Below are positions 18,996-28,363 of a stretch of DNA of 64,000 nt, one piece after another (the first letter of the stretch is position 1; each line of letters starts with the position of its first letter). The stretch is from the NCBI GenBank assembly GCA_040876345.1, contig JBBDPM010000001.1:116688-180687 (forward strand). The letters run 5' to 3'. Below the pieces are notes generated by a model. The model made no database searches and was not told where the DNA came from. It was given only the letters and a program-made list of their open reading frames with translations. Made by a program: the position numbers and the translations under genes. This DNA is from Candidatus Woykebacteria bacterium (GTDB taxonomy: Bacteria > Patescibacteriota > Microgenomatia > Woykebacterales > RBG-16-39-9b).

Positions 18996-19582
18996 GTAGT
19001 GTTGATAGGGATTTATTTATTTTTATAAATAGTTTTGTTGGTAAAAGCTCTTCTTTCGATGCTCTGGCTAAACCTTTGGTTAATGAGTATTTTGTTCCGA
19101 CTGTTCTCTCCCTAATCATATTCTCGATGTGGTTTTATTGGGACAAAAAGGACAAAGATGTAAAACAAAAAGGGGTGTTGATTAGTGTTTTAGGTGTGGT
19201 AGTTGGTAGCCTTTTGCTGGTGACAATAATTAACATGTTATTTCAAAGGCCAAGACCGTTTGAAGATCTTGACGTTAATCTTTTGTTCTATAAACCAACT
19301 GACCCTTCTTTTCCAGCAAATTCAGCCGTTGTAGCTTTTGCTCTGTCAACCGCAGTTTTTTTGGTGGACAAAAAAGCTGGAGTAGCCGCTTTGTTACTAT
19401 CTGCTTTCTACGGATTTTTGAGAGTTTACGTAGGGGTTCATTTCCCTTCAGACGTTATTGCCGGAGCCTTAATTGGAGCAGGGTCTACAATTTTTGTTAG
19501 TCAATTTGATAAGCTTTTAATGGAGGTAGTGAAAATTCTTAGAACTTTGTTGGAGGCTTTAGGATTAGCCGAGTTTTCATAA
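18986..19582 (+). CDS. PAP2-family lipid phosphatase (undecaprenyl-diphosphatase-like)
   Basis: PAP2 motifs: K..RP (FQRPRPF), a PSGH-like motif (FPANSA) and SRxxxxxHxxxD (LRVYVGVHFPSDV). Multi-TM. Confidence 0.65.
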   Translation: MDLSSVDRDLFIFINSFVGKSSSFDALAKPLVNEYFVPTVLSLIIFSMWFYWDKKDKDVKQKGVLISVLGVVVGSLLLVTIINMLFQRPRPFEDLDVNLLFYKPTDPSFPANSAVVAFALSTAVFLVDKKAGVAALLLSAFYGFLRVYVGVHFPSDVIAGALIGAGSTIFVSQFDKLLMEVVKILRTLLEALGLAEFS

Positions 19583-19583
19583 A

Positions 19584-20711
19584 ATGAGTAAAAAAAAGAA
19601 AAAGATAGCTTTACAATCAGGCAATAAGTTAAGTGGCAGACGGGCTATTTACCTATTGTTCGCTGCTATCTTGATTGGGTTACTAGGGTTTTTAATAAAC
19701 GCAAGTTACCTTGGATTAAGCGTCCCGTTTATACCAAAAGGTTTGGCTCGTGCCACAGATGTTTCAATAACTTACCTACCATTTGTACCAAAAACTTCGA
19801 AACAGGTTGTCACCAGAGCGTTTTTTGAGATGGGGAGAATAAAATCTGGAGAACACGTATTTAATCTTGAGCTTGCAGAGGAAGATAATGGATCAAAGAA
19901 GACTGTCATAGCACCAAAAATTGTTGGCCAATTCAGGGAAGAAAATGGTGAACTTGACCTTGCTGGTGAAGCATCAGTTGACGGGCCAGGGGGGGATAAA
20001 TTGAAAATAAATTTTGTTGAGAAAGATAAGTTCCTTTATTTTAAGCTAAACAATGTACCAAATATTTTAGGTTTGGATTTTACCAAAGTTGGTGAAGACT
20101 GGAACAAAATTGATGTGGATAAAATTATTAATCAGGGAAATGCAAAAGTGCGAGGCGACTCTGATATAAAGAAAGATGTAAAGGGGAAAGAAGACATTTT
20201 ATACGACACTTTAGCAGCCGAGAAAATTTTTGAAAAGACTACCGTGTCATCGGAGGGGAGCAGTTTTAAATATCAGATAGACCTGGGTGAGAGCGAAATC
20301 GATAAAATAGCCAAAGTATTTTTCCCAAAAGGTTTGTCCCAACTAAAAAAGCTTAATTTAGCACTTTTTATAGACAAATCAAGCTACCGTATCCAAAAGC
20401 TTGAGGCAATTGGGGAAATATCCAGCCTTCCTGTAAGTCAAACTTCGGGTTTATCGATTAGCGCACCAGAAACAAACTTTAAGTTTTCTTATCAGCTTAA
20501 AGAAGCAAATGAAAAGTTGGAGATAAAAGCACCAGAAGCGAGGGAAATTGAATCACTTTTTAGCCTTTACCTTTTAGTTCAAGGTGGTAAGAAAGAGGAT
20601 CCGGCTAACCTAATTTTTGGTGCTACAAAATCTTTGCCGGAATTCGGGGCTAATTTCCTAACAATTGAACGCTTGATCCACGTACTATACCTAGCCCCAC
20701 TATCATTGTAA
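19584..20711 (+). CDS. Hypothetical membrane-anchored extracytoplasmic protein
   Basis: 375 aa. Lys-rich N-terminus, one TM helix, no recognisable catalytic motif. Confidence 0.5.
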   Translation: MSKKKKKIALQSGNKLSGRRAIYLLFAAILIGLLGFLINASYLGLSVPFIPKGLARATDVSITYLPFVPKTSKQVVTRAFFEMGRIKSGEHVFNLELAEEDNGSKKTVIAPKIVGQFREENGELDLAGEASVDGPGGDKLKINFVEKDKFLYFKLNNVPNILGLDFTKVGEDWNKIDVDKIINQGNAKVRGDSDIKKDVKGKEDILYDTLAAEKIFEKTTVSSEGSSFKYQIDLGESEIDKIAKVFFPKGLSQLKKLNLALFIDKSSYRIQKLEAIGEISSLPVSQTSGLSISAPETNFKFSYQLKEANEKLEIKAPEAREIESLFSLYLLVQGGKKEDPANLIFGATKSLPEFGANFLTIERLIHVLYLAPLSL

Positions 20712-20732
20712 AGATAAAAGGAGGTGATTTTT

Positions 20733-20927
20733 ATGGCAGTTGAGACAAGATATTTTTGTACCGGTACTTGTGGCGCCGTAATTACTGAGGAACAATATAA
20801 TAATGGTCTCACTCATTGTGGTACTAACACTTGCACTATGCATAAGGAGCCCTTTGAAAAAGGTTTATACTGTACTACTTGTCAGAAAAGAGTTAGTGAA
20901 GCTGAAAAAGATCAACATCAACACTGA
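20733..20927 (+). CDS. Small Cys-rich protein (putative metal-binding)
   Basis: SD AAAGGAGG upstream of the ATG at 20733. 64 aa with FCTGTCG, HCGTNTC and CTTC. The track start at 20724 is an alternative. Confidence 0.4.
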   Translation: MAVETRYFCTGTCGAVITEEQYNNGLTHCGTNTCTMHKEPFEKGLYCTTCQKRVSEAEKDQHQH

Positions 20928-20978
20928 TAAAGTACTGGGATTTCGATAGGTTTCTTTGAATTGATGGGGAGTAGGAGA

Positions 20979-21194
20979 CTATCTAGTTTTGGGTCTGCCG
21001 CGGCCTCTACTAAGGAAAAAAAGCCTTCTCTCTTCCTTTTCCGCAATTTGCTTATCCACTATTTTTTGACATTCTTTGTCTGGACACGTGTAGACAACCG
21101 TTTTTGTTTTAACGGAGTTTAACATAAAAGTGTCTTCCTTGCCCTTTATTCTTTCTTTTCCACACCTAACACACGGATTACTTTTAAGTTCCAT
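20979..21194 (-). CDS. Small zinc-ribbon protein with a C-terminal AT-hook-like RGRGRPK tail
   Basis: MELKSNPCVRCG..YTCPDKECQ (CxxC..CxxC) followed by GRGRPKTR. The track's upstream TTG start is rejected because it lies inside the terminator hairpin. Confidence 0.4.
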   Translation of the reverse strand: MELKSNPCVRCGKERIKGKEDTFMLNSVKTKTVVYTCPDKECQKIVDKQIAEKEERRLFFLSRGRGRPKTR

Positions 21195-21229
21195 AGATTT
21201 AATGTTTATCGAAACAGTGGCCAGAGAAA

Positions 21230-21255
21230 TTAAGCTCCCCAAAAGGGGAGCTTAA
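21230..21255 (-). terminator. Intrinsic terminator after the RRM-protein gene (perfect 11-bp stem, 4-nt loop)
   Basis: TTAAGCTCCCC-AAAA-GGGGAGCTTAA lies 6 nt past the stop codon. It is followed on the minus strand by UUUCUCU. Confidence 0.5.
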
Positions 21256-21261
21256 TCAAGT

Positions 21262-21567
21262 TTAATATCTTCGGTCTCTGCTAAAACCACTTCGTTTGAA
21301 GCCGCCTGATGGGCGTTCTTCACGAGGTCTAGCTTCGTTGACGACAATTGCTCTTCCAGAAAGCTCTTTACCAGTAAGCTCTTTTATTGCTTTTTCCGCT
21401 TCTTCATCGCTTCCCATTTCCACAAAACCAAAACCTTTTGAGTTGCCGCTGAACTTGTCAGTAACCAAAGTAGCTTCTTTCACGCTGCCAACAGTAGAAA
21501 AAAGTTCTTCTAGTTGACTTTGAGTGACATCGTAGGATAAAGATCCTACAAATAACCTTTTAGCCAT
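21262..21567 (-). CDS. RRM-type RNA-binding protein
   Basis: RNP-2 (LFVGSL) and RNP-1 (KGFGFVEM) motifs with a Gly/Arg-rich C-tail. Confidence 0.8.
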   Translation of the reverse strand: MAKRLFVGSLSYDVTQSQLEELFSTVGSVKEATLVTDKFSGNSKGFGFVEMGSDEEAEKAIKELTGKELSGRAIVVNEARPREERPSGGFKRSGFSRDRRY

Positions 21568-21907
21568 GTTTTCCTTTCCGGCAGATTTAACACTTCTGCC
21601 CTGCGCCTTATCTATTCTCTATCTGGGAAAACCTAAGAGGGAGAAATCTAAGGAAATTATAATGGAGATATTATAGCATAAAATCGACTGTAATTCAATT
21701 AGTATTTACTCTTCGTCTTCTTCGTCAGCTTCATCTCGGAGTTCTTGAGCATCAGCCTCCAGACGTCTTGCAGCATCTCCTAAATCATTTACCACGTACG
21801 GGCCATTCTTATTGTAGGCTTCACCTTGGCGCAGCTTTGCTGCTTCCTAATCCTTTTGTTGAGCTTCGTACAGTTCTCTTTGAATCGCCCATACGAGCCT
21901 TAGTAAT

Positions 21908-23074
21908 TTAGATAATAGAATCTTTTCTTGCAGAGCTGTAGGCGTCTTTCTTGGCTATTAACGAGGCTCCAAGACCAAATAGTAGTACTAAGAAGGTTAC
22001 TATTCCGCCAAGGATAGGTATTATTTGGACGACGTAGTATATTAGGACGCCCAAAATAAACGCCCAATAAGCATTTATTTTCCAACTTGTTTTTTCAGAA
22101 AGCAGTGTGCCTACCCAAAGCATGACAAAAATTCTCCCAATGTAAAGACTCATAAAATATATTGGTAAAATAATCAAAGCAAGCGGTATTCCTACCAAAG
22201 TAGCGGCCAGGATCAGGGCTATTATTGGAGTAGCTATCAGGGCAATAAAGCCAAGGCCAAGGGAGGGCCAGGGTTTGTTTTTAATATTATCAGCAGCGTT
22301 CTGAGAGAGGCTTGGGAAAAGTCGAATAATTAAAAGACCAAGTATCAAGGTTGATATAAAGCTAACAATTTTAAAGAACAATATTACACCAGTAGCGACA
22401 CCAAAGATTTCGTTGGGGGTGGGGGGTTTCTGGGTTGGAGTTTTTTTCGCAACCTCTCCGGCAACTTTTGCAGCAGAGTCGATTGATGCATCGTTGTCGC
22501 TCCAATAAGTAAGGTTTCCACCGACAGAAGCTTTAGAGGTAAGCCTTAAAGAGCCAACGGCTGCATCCACATTTCCTTTGATAGGGGACGAGATTGTTAA
22601 ACTACCAGTCCCCACTCTAATGTCTTTTCCCACTGGAGAGGCAATGTTTAAATTGCCGGCCCCGGCTAGGACACTCCCGCCAATTTTTGCAGAGTCGGTT
22701 ATGTCAACACTTCCACCGCCGATGCTTAAATTCTTGCCGATATCTCCGGTGATTGTTACTTGCCCACCGGCCACACGCGCATCTTGAGTAACTTTTCCGG
22801 AAATGTTTAGAGTACCACCCGCCGCCAAAAGATCTCCATTAATGGTTCCGTCAACAATTACGTTTCCGCCAGCTGCATAAACGTCGCCATTGACAGTGCC
22901 GGAAATCTCTACTCTTTCGCCAAAGGCAAAAAAGTCTCGATTTATCGTCTCGCCCTGTTTAAGAGTCACAACCTCATCGTTGCGAAAGTTCTCGGAAGAT
23001 TCTTGAGCAAAAACCGGAAAGGCAACAGCAAGAAGGAATAAGAGAGAGGTAAAAATAATGAAAAATCTTTTCAT
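21908..23074 (-). CDS. Secreted beta-helix-repeat (bactofilin-like) domain fused to a C-terminal multi-TM domain
   Basis: Signal peptide, then about 8 repeats of ..G(D/N)V..AGG.V.(I/V).G.I.G.. (polymer-forming cytoskeletal-type repeat), then 5-6 TM helices. Confidence 0.5.
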   Translation of the reverse strand: MKRFFIIFTSLLFLLAVAFPVFAQESSENFRNDEVVTLKQGETINRDFFAFGERVEISGTVNGDVYAAGGNVIVDGTINGDLLAAGGTLNISGKVTQDARVAGGQVTITGDIGKNLSIGGGSVDITDSAKIGGSVLAGAGNLNIASPVGKDIRVGTGSLTISSPIKGNVDAAVGSLRLTSKASVGGNLTYWSDNDASIDSAAKVAGEVAKKTPTQKPPTPNEIFGVATGVILFFKIVSFISTLILGLLIIRLFPSLSQNAADNIKNKPWPSLGLGFIALIATPIIALILAATLVGIPLALIILPIYFMSLYIGRIFVMLWVGTLLSEKTSWKINAYWAFILGVLIYYVVQIIPILGGIVTFLVLLFGLGASLIAKKDAYSSARKDSII

Positions 23075-23119
23075 GTGGGGATATTTTAAATCCCGTTTGT
23101 TAATCTGTCAACTAGTAAG

Positions 23120-23797
23120 CTAGCTTGAATCCAACTTATTGGCGTTTGTGCGGTAAGTGCAGTAGATACAACTATCGGAACTTTTGGGAATCGGGCCAGA
23201 AAGAATTTTCTTTGCTTCCTTTATTTTGCTTTCAACCCAGGAAGCGTCTCCCTCATAGGGCTGCACTTTAATGTTAAAATCAAGCTTTCCGTCTGCAAAG
23301 CCGTTGTCTTTGTTTACCCTGGCATAAACAAAGTACGCTCTATCTAGTACTTTGAATTTGTTTTTGCGAAGGAGCCACTGGTAAATTTCGACTTGGCGTT
23401 TGTAGCTTTCGTAAAGCTCGCCTTCCTTGGCTCCAGATGCTTTATAGTCAACCACGATCAAGTTGCCTTTTGAATCTACCCAGATATCATCTACCGCTCC
23501 AAAAACTAGGAAACCGTTTTCGTGGTCTTCATATTGGATGCCCGTGAAAGTATTCCTCCATTTATCTATATCATCATGAAGATAGGGAATAGCCTCTATT
23601 CCTTCACGCTCGATCAAGTAGTGGGCTGTTCCACCTTTTCTATGATCGTCAAATTCTTTCTTAAGAAGAAAATCAATTGCGTTGTTGATTGTGTATGGTG
23701 CACCGAAAGGCCGGGAAATATTCTTTCCGGCGTAGAGCCAAAAACATTTTGGACACTCGATTAATAACTCAAGTTTGCTCCGAGAGAGTTTTATCAT
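23120..23797 (-). CDS. Cas4/RecB-like PD-(D/E)xK nuclease (DUF83-type), solitary
   Basis: Motif II GAVDDIWV, motif III VVDYKAS, QxxxY (QVEIYQWLL). N-terminal CPKC plus C-terminal CIYC give 4 Cys for an Fe-S or Zn site. Confidence 0.6.
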   Translation of the reverse strand: MIKLSRSKLELLIECPKCFWLYAGKNISRPFGAPYTINNAIDFLLKKEFDDHRKGGTAHYLIEREGIEAIPYLHDDIDKWRNTFTGIQYEDHENGFLVFGAVDDIWVDSKGNLIVVDYKASGAKEGELYESYKRQVEIYQWLLRKNKFKVLDRAYFVYARVNKDNGFADGKLDFNIKVQPYEGDASWVESKIKEAKKILSGPIPKSSDSCIYCTYRTNANKLDSS

Positions 23798-23842
23798 AGA
23801 GCGAATTCTAACGTTTGTTATCCTGGGGTGTCAACGAGGTGA

Positions 23843-24100
23843 TTAATCAACCGAACGGTGTATTATTGAAGAGGCTAGTGTTTGGTAAGGAAGACCTTCT
23901 CTTGCAGCTTTGGATTTTAGCTTCAGCAGATCCTTTTGAGAAAGCCTAATATTTATATTTTTAGTTTTGGCTAAGGTAGTCTGAGCGTATTTTCTAAAAT
24001 TGCTCCTGACATTTTGGATATCACCAATGCTAATTAGCTTTTCCTCTTCAAAATCCTTTAATATTTTTCCTTCTTCTTTATCAAGTTCAAAATATTTCAT
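23843..24100 (-). CDS. brnA: BrnA-type antitoxin
   Basis: NINIRLSQKDLLKLKSKAAREGLPYQTLASSIIH matches the BrnA C-terminal signature. It lies immediately downstream of brnT. Confidence 0.6.
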   Translation of the reverse strand: MKYFELDKEEGKILKDFEEEKLISIGDIQNVRSNFRKYAQTTLAKTKNINIRLSQKDLLKLKSKAAREGLPYQTLASSIIHRSVD

Positions 24101-24104
24101 AATT

Positions 24105-24383
24105 TTATTTCCTGTTGATTATATACTTTTTAGTTGCTTTCCTGCTCGGAATAATAGTCTTCAAAAAAACTTTTTCCATATCTTCTACGAATGGGACTAA
24201 GTACGCGTAGTTTTCAATATTAACAACAAACAATTTTTGATTGGGATGACTTTTAGGGTTTGGGTGCTCCATTATATCTAAGATTGCCCCTTCAGAAATT
24301 GCCAGCACCACTTCTTCAAAAGAAATATCGCGTTGTCCCTTTAACTCTTGGTTTTTCTTCTCATCCCAATCGAGATGTTTCAC
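24105..24383 (-). CDS. brnT: BrnT-type ribonuclease toxin
   Basis: LDWDEKKNQELKGQRDISFEEV and the C-terminal IIPSRKATKKY match BrnT (COG2929) motifs. Confidence 0.6.
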   Translation of the reverse strand: MKHLDWDEKKNQELKGQRDISFEEVVLAISEGAILDIMEHPNPKSHPNQKLFVVNIENYAYLVPFVEDMEKVFLKTIIPSRKATKKYIINRK

Positions 24384-24745
24384 TTATGTATTCTATGACA
24401 AAAGATATTATATGTCAATAATGACAAGCGGTTAAGGAGATACAATCTGACACCTTGCGTATTTGAGTTTAAGGTGTACACTTATAAGGTGATACCAAAT
24501 ATAAGAGAATTCATCTCCTATCACAATGAGCATATCTTAGACATAGAATTAACCGCAAATTTTGAAACAATCTCGGCTTTTGCCTCCAAGAAAAATATTG
24601 CTCTTACTGACCTGTCTATAGAAAAACATCGTCTCCCCTTCATCAACTGGATCACCAGCCTTGCGAGTTCAAAAATCTAATCTTAAGTCTTAAGGAAATT
24701 TGAAGGATAGAATTACCGTTTAGGTTTAATATGATCCCGGAGGTG

Positions 24746-25156
24746 TCAAGGAAAAGGATTAAAAACTTTGATTGGAAATTTTTGAAAGTCCTTAACGTTG
24801 TCAGTAGCAATAGTATCAATATCATTGGTTAAAGCAGCCGCGTCTAGGTAGGCGTCAAAAATTCTGTTGCCGCCTAGAGAGTGTTTTTTTATCAACTCCA
24901 ATCCTATAAAGATTGTTCTAATATTTGGACTAATTATCCGTCCAATCTCTGCAATTTTCAAAACTGATTCTACTGCCTGTTCTGGTTCCATTGGGCTTGG
25001 AAATTTAGAATGAGTCAATATTCTGATAGATTCAAGTATGTTTTGATGGGTGATTTCCAAATTCTCTTTGTTCTCTTTTAAAAATTTTTGGGATAAGGTG
25101 TATTTAGGAGAGTCCGCATTAATTGCGTAAATCAAAATGTTGCTATCAATGAGCAT
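24746..25156 (-). CDS. vapC: PIN-domain toxin VapC
   Basis: MLIDSNILIYA (Asp5), the FDAYL and TDN acidic residues of the PIN fold. Its start overlaps the antitoxin. Confidence 0.75.
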   Translation of the reverse strand: MLIDSNILIYAINADSPKYTLSQKFLKENKENLEITHQNILESIRILTHSKFPSPMEPEQAVESVLKIAEIGRIISPNIRTIFIGLELIKKHSLGGNRIFDAYLDAAALTNDIDTIATDNVKDFQKFPIKVFNPFP

Positions 25157-25388
25157 TTGGGTTGGGGTTTGGGTAGAAATCGTCGCGAGTCAAATTATCC
25201 AGAGGCACACCAAGATTATGAGTTTTGAACACAATTTCCTTGGCTTTTTTCTTTTCAGATTTGAGTAGATATTCTTCCAAAGCTGTATTAACCACTTTCT
25301 GCAAGCTTATATCTTCTTCGAAGGCTTTTCTCTCAGCGGTTTTTTTTAGATCTTCTTTTATTCGCAGCGTGGTTCTTACAAATGCCAT
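25146..25388 (-). CDS. vapB: VapB-type antitoxin (RHH/CopG-like)
   Basis: 80 aa with an N-terminal TTLRIKEDLKK..AE ribbon-helix-helix-like segment. Directly upstream of vapC and overlapping it. Confidence 0.5.
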   Translation of the reverse strand: MAFVRTTLRIKEDLKKTAERKAFEEDISLQKVVNTALEEYLLKSEKKKAKEIVFKTHNLGVPLDNLTRDDFYPNPNPNAH

Positions 25389-25428
25389 AGAGTAATTTTG
25401 TCATATATATGACAATATGTCAAGGAAA

Positions 25429-27228
25429 TTAGTATTTGGAATTGAGATCAATCTTGCGGATGCGAATGTTTTTGGGAGTTACTTCTACCAATTCACGATC
25501 GTCAATATATTCAAGAGCTTCTTCCAGATCCATTGGTTTGGGAGCATTAAAGTGCTCGGCCACACCTTCACCCCGGCTCCTCATATTGGTTTGCTGTTTT
25601 TCTTTACAGACATTAACTTTGATGTCATCCTCCCGAGAGTTTTGGCCGATCACTTGACCTTTGTAAACCTTTATTCCCGGTCCGACAAAGAGCGTTCCGC
25701 GATCTTGGGCATTAGTTAAACCGTAGAGAGTTGTTGGACCATCTTCAAAGGCAACTAAGGAACCACGGGAGCGTTCAAAGCTGTTGCCAGTAGTTTCTCT
25801 AAATTCATGGAACATTGTATTGATGATACCGGTTCCCTTAGTGTCAGTAATAAATTCACTGCGATAACCAAACAGCTTCCGAGTTGGAATGATAAATTCA
25901 ACCAAAACAACCGCCTTTTCCGTGGTCATATCTTGCAAGACGGCCCCGCGCTCTCCCATTTTTTGCATTACCACCCCGGAATATTCTTCTGGAACTTCAA
26001 TAAAAACTTTTTCGTATGGCTCGAGTAACCTACCCTCAGTTTTTTTGGTAATCACTTGTGGTCGAGCCACTTGAAATTCGTAGTCTTCACGACGCAGCCT
26101 CTCAATTAATATTGCCAAGTGCAGCTCGCCTCGTCCGGAAACGATCCAATCTCCCTTTTCACCGTCAACAACTTTGAGAGCCATATCCGTCTCCAGTTCT
26201 TTAAAAAGACGCTCCCGGATTTGACGAGAAGTTTTGAACTGCCCTTCCTTTCCAGCAAAAGGTGAAGAATTGACTGAGAAAGTCATGTTTATTGTGGGCT
26301 CTTCAACGTCAAGTAGTGGTAGGGCGAGTGCTTCGTTGGGACCCGCTATTGTTTCGCCGATATTTACATCGGCTATTCCGGCTATAGCAACAATATCGCC
26401 GGCCTCTGCTTCTTGAATTTCGATTTTATCAAGGCCAGAGAAGCCAATCAGAAAGGTGAGTCGAAACTTTTTCATTTCCCCTAGACGATTGATCTGGGTA
26501 ACCTCTTGTCCAGTCTTAACCTGCCCGTTGTAGATTCGACAAGTAGCAATCCTGCCTTTGAAGTTGTCCCCGACAATGGTGGTTACGAGCATTTGAAGAG
26601 GTTTACTAGGGTCTCCAGCTGGAGCCGGAATATGCTCTAAAATAGCTTCAAAAACCGGTTCGATGTCTTTCATTTTGGAAATATCGCTTTCGGTGCCAGC
26701 CAAACCATTCTTGGCAGATGTATAGACAATTGGAAAAAACGCTGCGTCTTCGTCGGCACCCAGTTCCACAAAAAGATCAAAGGTCTTATTGAGAACATAA
26801 TCGATTCGAGCGTCAGAGCGATCGATCTTGTTGATCACCACAATCACTTTGTGCCCAAGCTCTAGAGCTCTTTTCAAGACAAAGCGGGTTTGGGGCATGG
26901 GGCCTTCCTTGGCATCAACCAAAAGCAGGCAACCGTCGGCCATTTTGAGAACCCGCTCAACTTCACCGCCAAAATCGGCGTGACCTGGTGTATCAATAAT
27001 GTTGATTTTAGTACCCTTCCACTCAACACTCGCATTTTTGGAAAAGATAGTGATGCCGCGCTCTTTTTCCAAATCGTTCGAGTCCATTATTAGGTTTGAT
27101 CCTTGCAGATCCTTATGGATTTTGGTATTACTTTGGCGCAGAAGAGCATCGACAAGTGTAGTCTTGCCATGATCCACGTGGGCGATGATTGCGACGTTCC
27201 GAAGTTTATTCATAAATATTTTTGACAC
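25429..27228 (-). CDS. typA: Translational GTPase TypA/BipA
   Basis: G1 [22 protein letters not shown]. 599 aa with EF-G-like domains. Confidence 0.9.
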   Translation of the reverse strand: MSKIFMNKLRNVAIIAHVDHGKTTLVDALLRQSNTKIHKDLQGSNLIMDSNDLEKERGITIFSKNASVEWKGTKINIIDTPGHADFGGEVERVLKMADGCLLLVDAKEGPMPQTRFVLKRALELGHKVIVVINKIDRSDARIDYVLNKTFDLFVELGADEDAAFFPIVYTSAKNGLAGTESDISKMKDIEPVFEAILEHIPAPAGDPSKPLQMLVTTIVGDNFKGRIATCRIYNGQVKTGQEVTQINRLGEMKKFRLTFLIGFSGLDKIEIQEAEAGDIVAIAGIADVNIGETIAGPNEALALPLLDVEEPTINMTFSVNSSPFAGKEGQFKTSRQIRERLFKELETDMALKVVDGEKGDWIVSGRGELHLAILIERLRREDYEFQVARPQVITKKTEGRLLEPYEKVFIEVPEEYSGVVMQKMGERGAVLQDMTTEKAVVLVEFIIPTRKLFGYRSEFITDTKGTGIINTMFHEFRETTGNSFERSRGSLVAFEDGPTTLYGLTNAQDRGTLFVGPGIKVYKGQVIGQNSREDDIKVNVCKEKQQTNMRSRGEGVAEHFNAPKPMDLEEALEYIDDRELVEVTPKNIRIRKIDLNSKY

Positions 27229-27324
27229 AAGAGCAGCAACTCGGCAAGAATAAAAATATTCTTTTTTAGTTTTGGAAATTGTTGCCCGAAACTAATGCAG
27301 GCTAATTATAACACACTATGGGTT

Positions 27325-28314
27325 CTATGTGAACTTCAAATCAATAAAATAAACTTCTCCGCCAGTTTGCTCGTTGAAGTTCCCATAATAGAGACGGAAA
27401 TTTCCGTTTGGTAGGAAAATTCCATCAGCGTCAGCGCCGTTAATTCCTAAGGGACCAAGTTTAGTCCATTTTAGGCCGTCGGTTGACTGTGCAGCGTAAA
27501 TTTTGGAATGAGTATTGTAAAACATCAGGAAATTTCCATCTGGTTTTGTCACTACAAATGGGTGCAGAGCCTGAGGCCAATCTGCAGGAGCGTTTTCCAC
27601 ACCGTCTTCCGGTTCAATTGTTGGGGAGCGGTCGCGAGTCCAGGCTAGACCATCAGTAGAAGTTGCTCCCCAAATGACGCCTTTTCTTTTCATCGGATCG
27701 GCTGATTCTGGTTCTTCAAAATACATGCGCAACTTTCCGTTCTTCATTTTGAACACACTAGAGCCGCCAATAAAGTTGCCTTTTCGTGGAGTAATTCTTT
27801 TTCCAGAGTCTTTAGTAAAGGTCATTCCATCCTTTGAAAACGCGCTCAATAGTGAAGGCATCGGGCCACTCTCTCCTATCAAAGGCATCTGCTCTGGGTA
27901 ATAGAAACGGATACCCGTGTCTGTCTGGAAGGCCCGCGCGACTGAGATACCCGGGAAGATGATACCTGTCTTTTCAGTCCAGTTTTCAGCATCGGTGGAG
28001 GAAAGCACTAAGTAGCCACTTGGGCCCTTACCAAATTTGTTCAAATACATCAGGTAAGTACCATCGGCTTTTTTGATGATCGAAGGGTCAGCGTAGCCGC
28101 CGGTGAAAACTTTTTTAGCTTCGGTCACTTTAGTGATGGTAGTTTTCTCCGCCGGTTTAGCACTTTGAGTAGCGGTTTCTGTTGGTGCCTCAGCTGTCGG
28201 TTTTTGGTTATTGAGGAAAAAGTAACCAACAACCCCGACGCCAAGCAAAAGAATTACGATAGTCAGAATTATCAGCAAAGTCTTGGGGTTTTTCTTGGGC
28301 GGCTCTTCCGGCAT
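27325..28314 (-). CDS. Membrane-anchored beta-propeller glycoside-hydrolase-like protein (GH43/GH32 clan-like)
   Basis: N-terminal TM helix, then GGYADPSIIKKADGTYLMY (the ADPS motif typical of five-bladed propeller glycosidases) and repeated DG..W blades. Confidence 0.4.
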   Translation of the reverse strand: MPEEPPKKNPKTLLIILTIVILLLGVGVVGYFFLNNQKPTAEAPTETATQSAKPAEKTTITKVTEAKKVFTGGYADPSIIKKADGTYLMYLNKFGKGPSGYLVLSSTDAENWTEKTGIIFPGISVARAFQTDTGIRFYYPEQMPLIGESGPMPSLLSAFSKDGMTFTKDSGKRITPRKGNFIGGSSVFKMKNGKLRMYFEEPESADPMKRKGVIWGATSTDGLAWTRDRSPTIEPEDGVENAPADWPQALHPFVVTKPDGNFLMFYNTHSKIYAAQSTDGLKWTKLGPLGINGADADGIFLPNGNFRLYYGNFNEQTGGEVYFIDLKFT

Positions 28315-28363
28315 TGATACTATTATATAGAGGTTTTTCCGATTTTATAAGCCTGTTCTGTTA

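Noticed and set aside
21195-21242. An upstream TTG start for the zinc-ribbon/AT-hook ORF (87-aa version)
   Set aside because: It would place the start codon inside the 11-bp terminator stem of the RRM gene. The internal ATG (MELKSNPCVRCG) gives a compact 71-aa zinc-ribbon protein.
24474-24680. A plus-strand 68-aa ORF between brnT and vapC
   Set aside because: There is no SD and no recognisable motif, and it runs opposite to every neighbouring gene. It is probably intergenic noise, though a third tiny TA component cannot be excluded.
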